Below are positions 50,210-61,060 of a stretch of DNA of 64,000 nucleotides, one piece after another. The DNA is from Okamejei kenojei (Eukaryota). Under the pieces are notes generated by a model, which was not told the DNA's origin, made no database searches, and saw only the letters and a list, made by a program, of their open reading frames with translations. The stretch's first letter is position 1, and the number at the start of each line of letters is the position of its first letter. Position numbers and translations under genes: made by a program. Location of the stretch: assembly GCA_035221665.1 (NCBI GenBank), contig CM069153.1, positions 40,920,001 to 40,984,000 of the forward strand, in the 5' to 3' direction.

Positions 50210-50945
50210 AACACGAAACTGTTGATGCTGGAATCTTGAGCAAAATGCAGTGTTGCAGGATTTCAGTGGGTTAGGCAGCATCTGTGGAGGGAATGAGCAG
50301 ATTCCCTTCAGACTGATGGAGCTGGGGGAAGAAAGCTGGAAAATAGAGGTTAAGTTGGGGCAAAGCCTGGCAATGGACAGGTAGATACAGGTGAGGGGGG
50401 GTTGATTGGCAGATAGGTGGAGTAAGTGACATATGTGGTGAAAAAGAAACGGTGTCAGATAAAGAAAGATGAGTGAAAAGTAAAGCCAGAGGGAGGGATA
50501 TGGATGGAATAAGACCGGGGGGAGAGGGTATGAGGGGAAAAGAGAAAAATAGATTAAAAAATAATTGTGGGAATTGGGGATGGGATATGCATAAGGCGAT
50601 GGCAATGGAGGTAAGGAGCAGGGTGTTTATGGCGAAGAAATGTGTGCACTGAAGTGGTAAAGTGGAGGGTATTACTTTAAATCAGAGATTTTGATGTTCA
50701 TACAGTTGGGTACTAGGCTGCCCAAGTGGAAAATGACCTGCTGTTCTTTCAGTTTGCATGTGACCTCTCTCCGGCAATGGAAGAGGCCAAGGGCACAAAG
50801 GTTGCTTTGGGAATGGGAGTTAAAATGGGTAGCAACTGGGAGCTCTATCAGGTCTTGCTGGTCAGAGTGCAAGTATTCACAAAACGGTTGACACATCTAT
50901 GCTTAGCCTTGTCGATGTAAAGAAGGCCACACCGGAAGAACCGAA
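50210..50945 (-). mobile_element. Penelope-like element 3' end
   Basis: ORF 50672-50896 LPVATHFNSHSQSNL..LGL.HC..E...KLKEQQVIFHLGSL.PN.MNI; terminal repeat with the hammerhead deleted. Confidence 0.8.
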
Positions 50946-51669
50946 TGAAATACACACTTATTATGTGCATCGCAACCCGCAGATCAACCCTGCCTGCTGA
51001 TTTACATCCACCCTTCACACAAAACAAACTGCAGACTTGGGCAATGATTCGACCTACTTAACCTAACTCGAAGATGATTCAAACACGAATGAATACCTAC
51101 TACGCAAACCTCAGCTAATGTGTAGGAAGGATCTGCCGATGCTGGTTTAAACTGAAGATAGACACAAAGAGGTGGAGTAATTCAGCAGGTCAAGCAGCAT
51201 CTCTGGAGAAAAGGAATGGTTCAGGTCAAGACCTTCAGACTAAGAGTCGGGGGATAGGGAAACTAGAGATAGACGGTGGTGTAGATAGAACATAGGAGAT
51301 ATGTGCGGAAAAAGTAACGTGGAGGAAGGAACTGTAGGTGCTGGTTGAAACTGGACTTTAGGAGGGACACCCGTGTGGATGTGCGGTTTACCAGGGAGTA
51401 CAAGAAGGGACAGAGCCGGCTGTACTTTTCGAAAAGGCTCCGCTCCTTCAACGTCTGCAGTAAGATGCGGCAGATGTTCTACCAATCGGTGGTGGCCAGT
51501 GCCATCTTCTTTACTGCCGTGTGCTGGGGCAGCTTGGGCGAAGGCTGCAGACGCAAATAAGATCAACAAACTCATCAGGAAGGCTGGCTCCTTCCTGGGT
51601 GCGGGGTTGGATTCATGGGAGGTGGTCTTGGAGGGAAAGATGCTAAAACTGCGGAGCATCCTGGACGAT

Positions 51670-52486
51670 AGGGAAGTTGCACAGCAGTCAAGGTCGTGAC
51701 CCGTGCTGTTGCCAACGCCAACTGGAGTACACGCGGTGAACTGCAGGTAAGCATTTACTATTGCTGCCAGCACAGCGGGCCCTCCTTCTGTCCCAGCATC
51801 TGGACTCCACAATGACTGGTTCCACACTAGCGGACCCCGGGCCGTCTATCCCCGCAGCCGAAGGGGAGGAGGCACGGGTGTCGGTGCAGCGCCTGGGTGG
51901 GCGGAGGGACCAGACAATCCCCAACTCTGCTGCAGCTGATGGGGACGTTGCCGGGTGGTCCGGGAGGAGGTAGAGGGTGGTCGGTCGGGGTGCCGGTGCA
52001 ACGCTGTCAGTGACTGGGTGGGCGGAGGGACCAGACTGTCCCCAACTCAGCTGACTGGGACGTTGCCAGGTTTGTGTCCCTGTGTGTCCACTGCCCGGAG
52101 CCGCGACCTCACTCCACCCGGCCCCATGTGTGAGCGCTGCTGACCCACAGCCCGTGACATTGGGGCCCACAGGGGGAGACGGGGCCAAACAGTGCTGACC
52201 CCGGGGGGGAGGGGGAGGAGAATGTGGGGATGGGCTCCTTCGGCCGCTTACACCTTGGTGCTTGGGTTCAGAGCAAAGATACTAGAGCATTTGGTTCAGA
52301 ACGCACAGTCGCCCTCCACAATTATTTACAGCGCAGAAATTGACCATTTTGGCGGTTTTTAACAAGTAAGAAAGTACGCATTTCGTGTGTTAACAGTGTA
52401 TGCCGAGGCTGCCATGTCTTGCAGACGGATTGAGCTGCTCCGTGCGTCACACCGTTTGACCCGATGCCCTTGCGTGCAACCTCCCT
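51670..52486. mobile_element. GC-rich non-autonomous TIR element inserted in a Rex/Babar LINE
   Basis: TIRs AGGGAAGTTGCAC / GTGCAACCTCCCT (12/13), preceded by AT. Interrupts LINE LRSILD|..PLHDTLVNL (compare the uninterrupted copy at 10741-10795). The right TSD is lost with a small deletion. Confidence 0.75.
52274..52293. mobile_element. 20-bp hAT-like micro-element
   Basis: CAAAGATACTAGAGCATTTG flanked by GTTCAGAG / GTTCAGAA. Confidence 0.65.
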
Positions 52487-52610
52487 CAACCCCCTCCATG
52501 ACACACTGGTCAACCTGTGGAGCACCTTCAGCAATGGACCTTCACCAAGATCCTTCTTCCCTGTGGCTATCAAAATTTACAACTCATCCCCCTTGTGTCG
52601 TGGTGAAGAG

Positions 52611-52642
52611 CAAAGATACTGGAGGAACCTCTAGTATCTTTG
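52611..52642. mobile_element. 32-bp hAT-like micro-element (palindromic)
   Basis: CAAAGATACTGGAG-GAAC-CTCTAGTATCTTTG flanked by GTGAAGAG / GTGTAGAG. Confidence 0.8.
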
Positions 52643-53079
52643 GTGTAGAGTGAGACTGACCCACTCCCACCCCCCGATCTTTGCACATCCCCCAAGCCTT
52701 TCCACTCGTCACTTTCATTTCATGAATTTTGTGTTTTTTTTACTGTTGGCAGATCAATTTCCCACCTGGGATGAATAAAGTTCTATCGTATCCGTCAACA
52801 GAAGATGGACACAAAATGCTGGAGTAACTCAGCGAGTCGGGCAGCATCTCTGGAGAGAAGGAATGGATGATGTTTCGGGTCGAAAGAGTACCGATGATCA
52901 AGGAAACCGTCCATTGTTAGCTGTGGGTTGGGTGAAATCGAGTTACACAGACAATGACAAGTTTGGTTTGGGGAGAGGACAAACCACACACAGCTCCCAG
53001 TGCGCACATCCGCACTCCTCCATCTTGTCGGCTGCTGAAAGTGGGGGCGCCCGTCGCCTGATCACCACCCCCCCCCCCC

Positions 53080-53345
53080 CCCCGGCTCGTGTCCGTAGCG
53101 CGCCCCGCCTTCCCGGCTCGTGCCCATCACCAGCACTCCCCCTCCCCCCCACCTCGTGCCCATCACTAGCACTCTCACCCCCGTGCTCGTGTCCATCACC
53201 AGCACTCTCACCCCCGTGCTCGTGTCCATCACCTGAGCTCCACCCACCGGGGCTCTTGCCCGCGCACGTCACCTGCGCTTCCTTTACCCCCCCCCCCCCC
53301 CCTCCCCCGGCTCGTGTCCGCGACTCCGTGTCCGTCACCTGCGCT
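53080..53345. repeat. About 33-bp imperfect VNTR in the AMZ2 promoter
   Basis: CTCGTG at 53086, 53117, 53153, 53186, 53219 and 53311; unit CCCCCGTGCTCGTGTCCATCACCAGCACTCTCA. Confidence 0.85.
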
Positions 53346-53423
53346 TTCCCCCCACGGCTCGCGCCCGCCCGCGCGTTAACGGTTACTGGGGCGCGCGACG
53401 CCTGCGCTTCGTCGCCGTCGTCA

Positions 53424-53450
53424 ATGGAGCGAGCTGGCGGCGGCAACCTG
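53424..53450 (+). CDS. AMZ2: Possible upstream in-frame ATG in AMZ2 exon 1 (MERAGGGNL)
   Basis: ATG at 53424, 27 nt to a CTG|GTTGGT donor; in frame with the acceptor at 56485/56486 and ATG 56501. Confidence 0.4.
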
Positions 53451-53494
53451 GTTGGTGGCTCGGGCCTTGCGTGTGGAGCCGCTGTACCTAGTAG

Positions 53495-53531
53495 CAAAGA
53501 TACTATAATATACTCCGCTCTATAATCTTTG
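53495..53531. mobile_element. 37-bp hAT-like micro-element
   Basis: CAAAGATACTATA...CTATAATCTTTG flanked by CCTAGTAG / CCTAGGAG. Confidence 0.75.
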
Positions 53532-53948
53532 CCTAGGAGTGTGCACCCGCTCCTGATATGTGTGCCCGCAGCTCTGAACATGGTCGGCCTGCTTGAAAAA
53601 CGGCCCCCAGCAAAGGTGACACTGCATGGAAGGATTCTGGTGTAATGAGGCAACTGATGAAACTGTAATGATAGAATTTCCTGTTGAAGGGAAGCAATAT
53701 CGAAAGTCTTGGGTGTTCTTAGGTAGACCGAAGGAACTGCAGTTGCTGGTTTAAGACTAGGTTTCTCAGACAAATTTTATATCACGTAAATAATGGTAAT
53801 CATTTACTTTATGTTTTAAATTTGTCGCCTGAAAGTAGTGCATATGAAAAATTCTGACAGATCGATCAAGTTTTTTTCCTTTTGGTTTGGTTTCGTGCCT
53901 CTACAGGTATTACGACATCAGAACATGCTAGAAATTACCCACTTTATA

Positions 53949-55479
53949 TAGCAATGATACAAAATTTTGAGATTTAAAAAATCAAGTCTGCAATTTATCC
54001 CACCAGATAAAGCATAAAAAAAGTTTAATTTGACACCTAATTCACTTTCATATCTTCAGTTTTCAAAAAGTTATGGCCATTTTCATACTCGGAAATTTGC
54101 ATCTTGTTCCCTATTGCTTTTCTATTGACTTAACAAAAGCTGTGATAGAGGACAGTCAAAAGCCCATAACTTTCTTAAAAATCAAGAAAACTGAATGAAA
54201 ATTTCAGTTATTACAGATTGAAGCATTCTGAAACATCTTACTTGAATGACCTGAAATTAAAGCATATCATTAGCTAATTACCTAATAGTAGTTAATTACA
54301 AAACTGACCGTTGTGACGGAAATAGTAATAAACACCCAGACTGCCTTGAAAATTCAAAAATGTGATATTCTCAAGATCAGAACTTTAATATTATTGTATT
54401 ATCTGCTGTAAGTCCGTAATAGATAGGTAAATAAATTACAATTTCTAGCAATAGACCAAGTCTTTATGGAGAAGATCAGTTGCTAGCTGGTACATTGGCA
54501 TATCATAATCAGTAGCCTCATCATACTCCTCATAATGTAACCAATATGCACTGTACACCTTGTTTTTCCTCAACTTTTCAATTTTGGCGTTATAAACTAC
54601 AAGTTTTTGCTCTTCAAACCACGCATGACATGCCTTTCTGCCCACTACTTTCCCATTAAGAATGTCCTGTACATTCAATTTCTTAAGAAAAGGGCTTTTT
54701 TTTAAATAGCCTATCCGAATAACAAACAAACAATCCCATTCATACAAGAATTTACAATATAACATGATTTTTAAATCTCACTGTCGTTAATTTATATGCC
54801 AGATGGAAGGAATTGTTTAATTCCCATAAGTTAATCTAGAAACATCCACTCAATATAATTAAAATTATCATTTTTTTGCACCATATATGGGACTAAAACT
54901 GATATTTGGTATAAAAATATTGACTGGATAGACAATAACACAAAATATAGACGATTTAGATTCTCTTATGATATGATTGTACAAAAAAAGCATTTAAATC
55001 ATCTTGCGAGTTGGTTTTTCTGGAACGCGATCGATTGGGATGTTGCATTTGCGGAGAATTTGAACTCCATATCGGCAGGAAAAACACTGTTGGTTCGTAT
55101 GGGGCCCAAATCACATTTTTGCAACGTAAAATTAGATTAAAGCCATCCCAAGAAGCAAGATTATATGTAAAATAAACAACTTGCCTTTTGTTTTGTCCTG
55201 TTCATGCGATCCGTCTCGTAGGTGTTGAGGGCGTTAGAAGTCGCTTTTTATTTTTAATCTAATTATTAAATTGTTCTGTGATTTACATATTTTTAAAATC
55301 GGGAACGGAAGTGGGATCGATTTTTCTTCAGCAGCTAGTAGCCCGAGGAAATGTGCCTCGGACAGGCGGTAGAAAACTGGATTTTAATCCCGCCCCCCAC
55401 CTTCCAAGGCACCAAAGTCGCGCACACGGCCAGTGGCAGAACTGCAGCGCCGCTGAAGCTAAATTTTGTAACATCACTA
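53949..55479 (-). mobile_element. hAT-like DNA transposon remnant with 7-bp TSD in AMZ2 intron 1
   Basis: TIRs TAGCAATGATACAAAATTT / AAATTTTGTAACATCACTA (16/19); flanks CTTTATA / CTTTGTA. Residual minus-strand ORF 54445-54765 looks like a protein C terminus. Confidence 0.75.
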
Positions 55480-56500
55480 CTTTGTATCTGAGGTAGTGCT
55501 GCCTGTAGATCCCTGATGGTGGGAAGGTCAATACCCACGATGGACTGGGCAAAGTCCACAAAAAAATGCAATTACCGGGTATTAAAGAAATATTGCAAAT
55601 AGTCATTTAACTTTAAACCTTTGGGTGTCACAGGTGAGTTCACACAGTGCCATTTTAGGAAGTGACATTTGCTGACAAATAAACACAAAAATTGTGGGTA
55701 ACACCATTGTGCTTCTTCAGAGTAATGCCATGGAGTCTTTGGTATTCACTTGAGTTCTATAGTGGAGTGTTAGCCGAGGTATTTATGCTCAAGTCTCGAA
55801 AGTCAGATCTTTAATTATGAAATTAGAGTGCTAAAAATTGAGCAACGGCTGAAAACATCTCCAACTGCTCTTCCTCAACCGAAAATCTAGAGTTGTCACA
55901 TGATTGCACAAAAGTCATGTGACAGTGCACCTTCAGACAGATTGAGCTTCACTAAGGCATTGTGATAGTATTGCCGCCACCATGTTATCCCCACTTCCCC
56001 ATCATATGCACTTGATGGTGATACTGTGAACAACGTCAGTAAAAGATTGCTTGAAATTATCGTATGCACATGATCATCGTCAGTGTTCTAACAGACAATT
56101 AGTCCTGTCATTGGGCAATTGAGAGGTCTCATCTTTGACCGTGTATACTGGCGTTCCAATGACTTCCACCATTTCTAGTAGGTGATATCTGTAGATCTAC
56201 CTATCTACTTCTTAACCTCTACTTCCTCAGTTTTTGATGGAAATAAGAGGCCTGGTGATCAAAATGGAACAAAGCTATTTTTGAGAGTGACAATGCAGGA
56301 GAGTTGAATTATTAAACAGACATGATGGCTTGATTTGGTGAAGCGAGAATGCATGGACACAGGTATAGGTACATTTGCCAGTTAAGTGATGTGAAGAGTG
56401 ATGTAGTGGAGGATTGAATAGGCAGAGTGATGTTCACATCAACATTTAAATGAAATTAACACTGAATTTTAACTTTGTTTTGTAGTCATCTGTTTTACCA

Positions 56501-56783
56501 ATGGAGACAATCAAACACAGCGAAGAGATGCTGAGGACAGCCCTAATTTCTAATCATAAGGACTTTATTGACATGTATCAGAAGTACACTCCAAATGTGA
56601 AAAGGTTCCTCGAGGAAGGATTTAAGGCAAACAGTATTCTTTTCAAACCCATTGAGTTACATTCAAAGTCTGATTGGATCCTGAGCAATCCTGAACAAAA
56701 GCAAGATTTCTACACATATTACACCAACTCACACAGAAAGACACCAGTTCCTGGGAAAAATATTATTTGCATTCAGATCATTG
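56501..56783 (+). CDS. AMZ2: Archaemetzincin-2, first conserved coding exon (exon begins 56486)
   Basis: METIKHSEEMLRTALIS...LHSKSDWILSNPEQKQDF...RKTPVPGKNIICIQIIG resembles human AMZ2 MQIIRHSEQTLKTALIS...LHSPSDWITSHPE. Acceptor tgtAG at 56485, donor G|GTATGA, phase 1. Confidence 0.95.
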
Positions 56784-57190
56784 GTATGATTTTATAAACT
56801 TATTTCACTCAGATTAAATGACTGGATTACAAAATTATTCTGATTGTTAATTGACGATTCAAGAATAATTTATGCACTTCTTTCTGTCCATAATTGAAGC
56901 CGTTCATGATGCACAGCTGCCTTGATTTCCATCTAACACTGTCAGTGAATTCTATAAAAGCTTTATTCTTTCCTATATTTCATTTCCTGACAATCTAACT
57001 TTTTCTTCTTACCTCCTGGCATCCAGTTGACCCAACGTTCCTCAATTACTATCAGCTCCAGTATTCCTTTATTAAAAATCTTGGAATGTTTTATTCTCCG
57101 GTTCACTGTTCAACATCAGTGACATTCCAGTCCATAATCTTGAAACATCATTATCCAAACTAAAAAATGTTTCTTGTTCTATTTTATAAA

Positions 57191-57430
57191 TCTATAATTT
57201 TATATACTTTTTAAACTGTGTGTGTGTCTGCCGACCGCCGTCCGGCTGCCGGCTGCCTGTCACATTTTTGCCCTTTGATTCCCTGCTCCGCCAAAACCGG
57301 ACCCTCAAACGCCGCTATTGTTTCCATTTTGCCAGACATTACGCTTGTACATTCACAAACGCACTCCTCATTACATTTAGACATTTTTATGTACACTTTT
57401 TAACATCAAATCTCGCCCCCCCCCTCCCCT
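57191..57430 (+). mobile_element. Probable Helitron 5' fragment
   Basis: A|TCTATA...TTTTAAACTGTGTGTGTGTCTG start with (TG)n, organised like Helitron B; CpG-rich; no 3' hairpin. Confidence 0.45.
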
Positions 57431-58978
57431 CTTACTTCCAAGTAACTGAAAACTTGTGCCAAATTGTTGAACTAAAGTCAGTGTGAATAATCCATTTAAT
57501 TACTGGCTTTTATTTCACTCTCTCCATGCAACATGTAAAGCTGAATGATACATATGGGCTGTCTTTATGCCAAATATATTTTCAGGTCCCAGTTAATAGA
57601 GTAGCAAGACTAATTTTGAAGCTGCAGTATGTTTCACTGTGTAATATTCTGTTTACAGTATATAATGAAAGAAAATTGACATTATTTTTATTCAGGATAA
57701 ACAATGTGGTGTATAATTCATAGTTCCATGTTGTTCATTTAAGCTTTGAAGTGTTTAATTAAATTCATTTTTCAAGGGTAACCATTGACACATGAGATAG
57801 AGGATTAAGATTCCTTTATTCCAGTCCCTAGTCAAAAAAGAGTAGATAAAATAATGGTGCAAATAAAAGATATTGCAGTATCATTTAGTACTGGATACCT
57901 GGGGAATGCCATTACCTCTGAACTGAAAACATCTTTGATAGAGGACTTCCTATGTAGGTCAGTAGCAATGTACTCTTTGATAAACAATACTGAAAGTGCA
58001 GCTGAATGAAGTGTTTAAGACCATGGAGGATAATTACTGTAGATTCTTGGATCACTCAAATGTTAATTGTTATGAAATAATATGCATATTATCCAATAAT
58101 ATCCATTAAAATATTTTAATTTTTCTTGCTAACATTTGTGATAAACACTTAAATTACATTAGCCATGAATAAAAGTAATAAACAAATAAAATGAATAATT
58201 CTATTTGGAAAAGCCAGAAAGATCTATTTAAAGCTTGGATGTGTTTGACAAATGCAACAGTTTTTAAGGCATCAATATTATAGATAAAGAGAATTCAGTC
58301 TGTGTGGTGAATAGAGTGTTTCATATAATGTTAAATGAAGAGTAGCTCAGCACGAGCAACTGAAGTTGCATTAATTGGGAACAGAAAATAGTTGTGGGTA
58401 AATGAATATTGTTTGGATTGAGAAATAAATCTTATTTTGAAACCTGTTGAGAATAAATATAGGACTTATGGAGAATGCGCTAAAGGGATTTAAGGAAGTC
58501 AATAGATGCCTGGACAATTAACTGGATTATTGCGGATATGTGAATTTCCACAATTTATGGAAATAAGCTAACAGATATAAATAAATAAAAATATCTAAAC
58601 ATGAAAACTACATAGATTGTCAAAAACATGAGTGTGGCATATTAATTTATTAATGCTGTTTGCATTTTCATCTATAAGTAAGGGCTTAGCACATGATAGT
58701 AAAAACAAAATGGAAATAATAATTGCAATAGTTTATAGTTTAACGTGCACCATTGTCCATGGGGAAATAAAATCACAAAGCATCTTAAATTTGTGAACTA
58801 CACAGAAAATATATTAAGACTCAATAAGACTAGATCAAGTGGACAATGAATATTTAAATTTAATGGCATTGTGTTTAATTGTTCTAGAATAATAAATATA
58901 CGAGAAAATCGATTAACATTAAGCCTTGACTGTAATTTTTGAAAAATAAATAAACTCTTGCATAATTAAATCCATTTA

Positions 58979-59392
58979 TAACCATATAATATAACCATAT
59001 AACAATTACAGCACGGAAACAGGCCCTCTAGACCCTTCCAGTCCGTGCCGACCATTTGTTTTCCCCTAGTCCCATCTACCTGCACTCAGACCATACCCCT
59101 CCATTCCCTTCACGTCCATATACCTATCCACTTTACTCTTAAATGTTAAAATTGATCCTGCCTCCACCACTTCTGCTGGAAGCTCATTCCACACAGCCAC
59201 CACCCTCTGAGTAAAGAAGTTCCCCCTCACGTTACCCCGAAACCTCTGTCCCTTAATTCTCATATCATGCCCTCTTGTTTGAATCTTCCCTACCCTCAAT
59301 GGGAAAACGTATCCACGTTAACTCTGTCTATCCCTTTCATCATTTTAAAGACCTCAATCAAGTCCCCCCTTAACCTTCTGCGCTCCAAAGAA
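58979..59392 (-). mobile_element. Young CR1 3' fragment
   Basis: Near-identical to 7329-7740; same tail. Confidence 0.95.
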
Positions 59393-59678
59393 CATTTACC
59401 ATGGCTATGGTTCACAATTTTTTTCCTGCAAATCAGTTTTATGTTCCTACCAGTTATTTGTAGAGGGGAAGTAATAGATGTACCAATATTATACTTTTTT
59501 TTGCTATAATGGTGCTTCGACATTTTTTGTCGTTATTTGAGTGCTTTTCACTGAAGCACTTTAATATGAAATCAAATCACTTTTCAATAATTATTGAATG
59601 CAGTAACTGGTTAATGTAGAATTTCATTTGACTTTAAAAATGTTCTTGAATTCTTCCTTATTTATGTGGTATGTTCAG

Positions 59679-59852
59679 GTTCATTTGGTGACTCGGAGAC
59701 AACAACTAATACATACATACATTGGTTAAAGGAATACTGTGAAGCATTTTTCTTTGGGCTGGAAGTCAAATTCCAGGAGCCAGTTCCCGTATCCCACACT
59801 GGTTGTAAGTTCCGTATCAATAAATATTCAGAAAATCTGCAGATTCATACAG
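59679..59852 (+). CDS. AMZ2: Archaemetzincin-2 coding exon (174 nt)
   Basis: ttcAG|GT...ACAG|GTACT. SFGDSETTTNTYIHWLKEYCEAFFFGLEVKFQEPVPVSHTGCKFRINKYSENLQIHT; phase 1/1. Confidence 0.95.
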
Positions 59853-60594
59853 GTACTATTACTTAGTAATTTTTTTTACTAAAATATGGTGTTTAAAGGA
59901 ATATATATTAGAAATAACATTATCACATTGTTCATTTGGCTGTGAACATTAAATATATAAAATAAGATTTTTAATTCAAATCAAGAAGATATTAACAGCA
60001 GTTTTGTGATTTTGTGTCTGCTTAGAAATAGCAGCTGAATTGAGTCAGCTGGACTCGTGTACTTGTGCTGTATATAAAGTAACATCATCAGTAGTTCACA
60101 AGAATCTTTTGTCAATTTTCCCCATTTTGTAAGTATTCTGGAATAGCATCTCAGTTCCTAAATGAGCAGCCTGGACAGTCACTGAGTGGGGACGGGGAAT
60201 TATTTGGATATTAAGACCTTAATAAGTATTTGATAAAGTCCCAAAAATAGTATCCTGAAAAGATGGGAGAGGTGTGGAGGCACAGTGTGGAGTAAACTTA
60301 ATGGATCAGCATGTCAGTTACTTTCTGCTTTTTGTCTGTTAAATAGAATTGTAAATTTTAGTACTTTGTTTAAGAAGGTCAGTAATTTGAGTTAAAGTAT
60401 GCTGATTGGCACTGGAAGAATTTTCTGGCGAAGCAGGAAAACCAGGTCAGGAAATTGACAGTTGAATAAAAAGTACAATATTAGATTGAAGAACAATGAC
60501 ATCTTCTTTTAAATATTTTCAAAAATATGACTGCAGGTTTGTTTCTTGTGATGAACTTGTATATACATTTCTGTCAGTATCCAATTCTGTGGGG

Positions 60595-60869
60595 CGATAC
60601 GGTGGTGCAGCGGTAGATTTGTTGCCTAGAGACCTGGGTTCGATCATGACTATGGGTGCTCGCCATGACCGCATGGATTTTCCCCGGGTGTTCCAGTTTC
60701 TTCCCACATCTTCAAAGACAGACAGGTTTGCAGGTTAATTGGCTTTGGTAAAGATTGTAAATTGTCCCTATGGTGTAGGATAATGCTACTGTACAGGGAT
60801 CGTTGGTTGGCACAGTCTTGGTGGGCCGAAAGGTATGTGTCCGTGCTGTATATTTAAACTAACCTAACC
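60595..60869 (+). mobile_element. HE1-like SINE just upstream of an AMZ2 exon
   Basis: CGGTGGTGCAGCGGTAGA...GGGTTCGATC, core, (CTAAC)n tail. Confidence 0.8.
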
Positions 60870-60931
60870 TTTTTTTGTTGGTAATGTTAATTTTTTATTT
60901 TTCCATGTTAAAATTCTTGATATCTACATAG

Positions 60932-61060
60932 GTGGTATTCTTAAATACTTGAAGAACAGTAAACCCAAAGATGCCTTCTGCATTGTTGGAATTACAATGG
61001 TTGATCTTTATCCACAAGATTCCTGGAATTTTGTGTTTGGCCAAGCATCCCTTACAGAAG
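60932..61060 (+). CDS. AMZ2: Archaemetzincin-2 coding exon (129 nt)
   Basis: catAG|GT...GAAG|GTAAAG. GILKYLKNSKPKDAFCIVGITMVDLYPQDSWNFVFGQASLTE, with the hallmark DLYP..SWNFVFGQA. Not present in the ORF track. Confidence 0.96.

Larger units (their letters stand above)
51352..52793 (+). mobile_element. Rex1/Babar-like LINE 3' fragment (interrupted)
   Basis: KKGQSRLYF.KRLRSFNVCSKM.QMFYQSVVASAIFF.AVCWG...INKLIRKAGS..LDSWEVVLEG; tail GGGATGAATAAAGTTCTATCGTATC. Confidence 0.85.
52990..53600 (+). promoter_or_regulatory. CpG-island-like promoter / first exon region of AMZ2
   Basis: Very GC- and CpG-rich (cgcgcg, gcgcgcgacg, GC-box ccccgcc), not a recognisable repeat, and about 3 kb upstream of the AMZ2 ATG exon. 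Confidence 0.7.

Noticed and set aside
52863-53773. Long ORFs 52863-53525 (+, 220 aa) and 52943-53773 (-, 276 aa)
   Set aside because: Low-complexity translations of the GC-rich promoter VNTR and repeat pieces; no recognisable domain.
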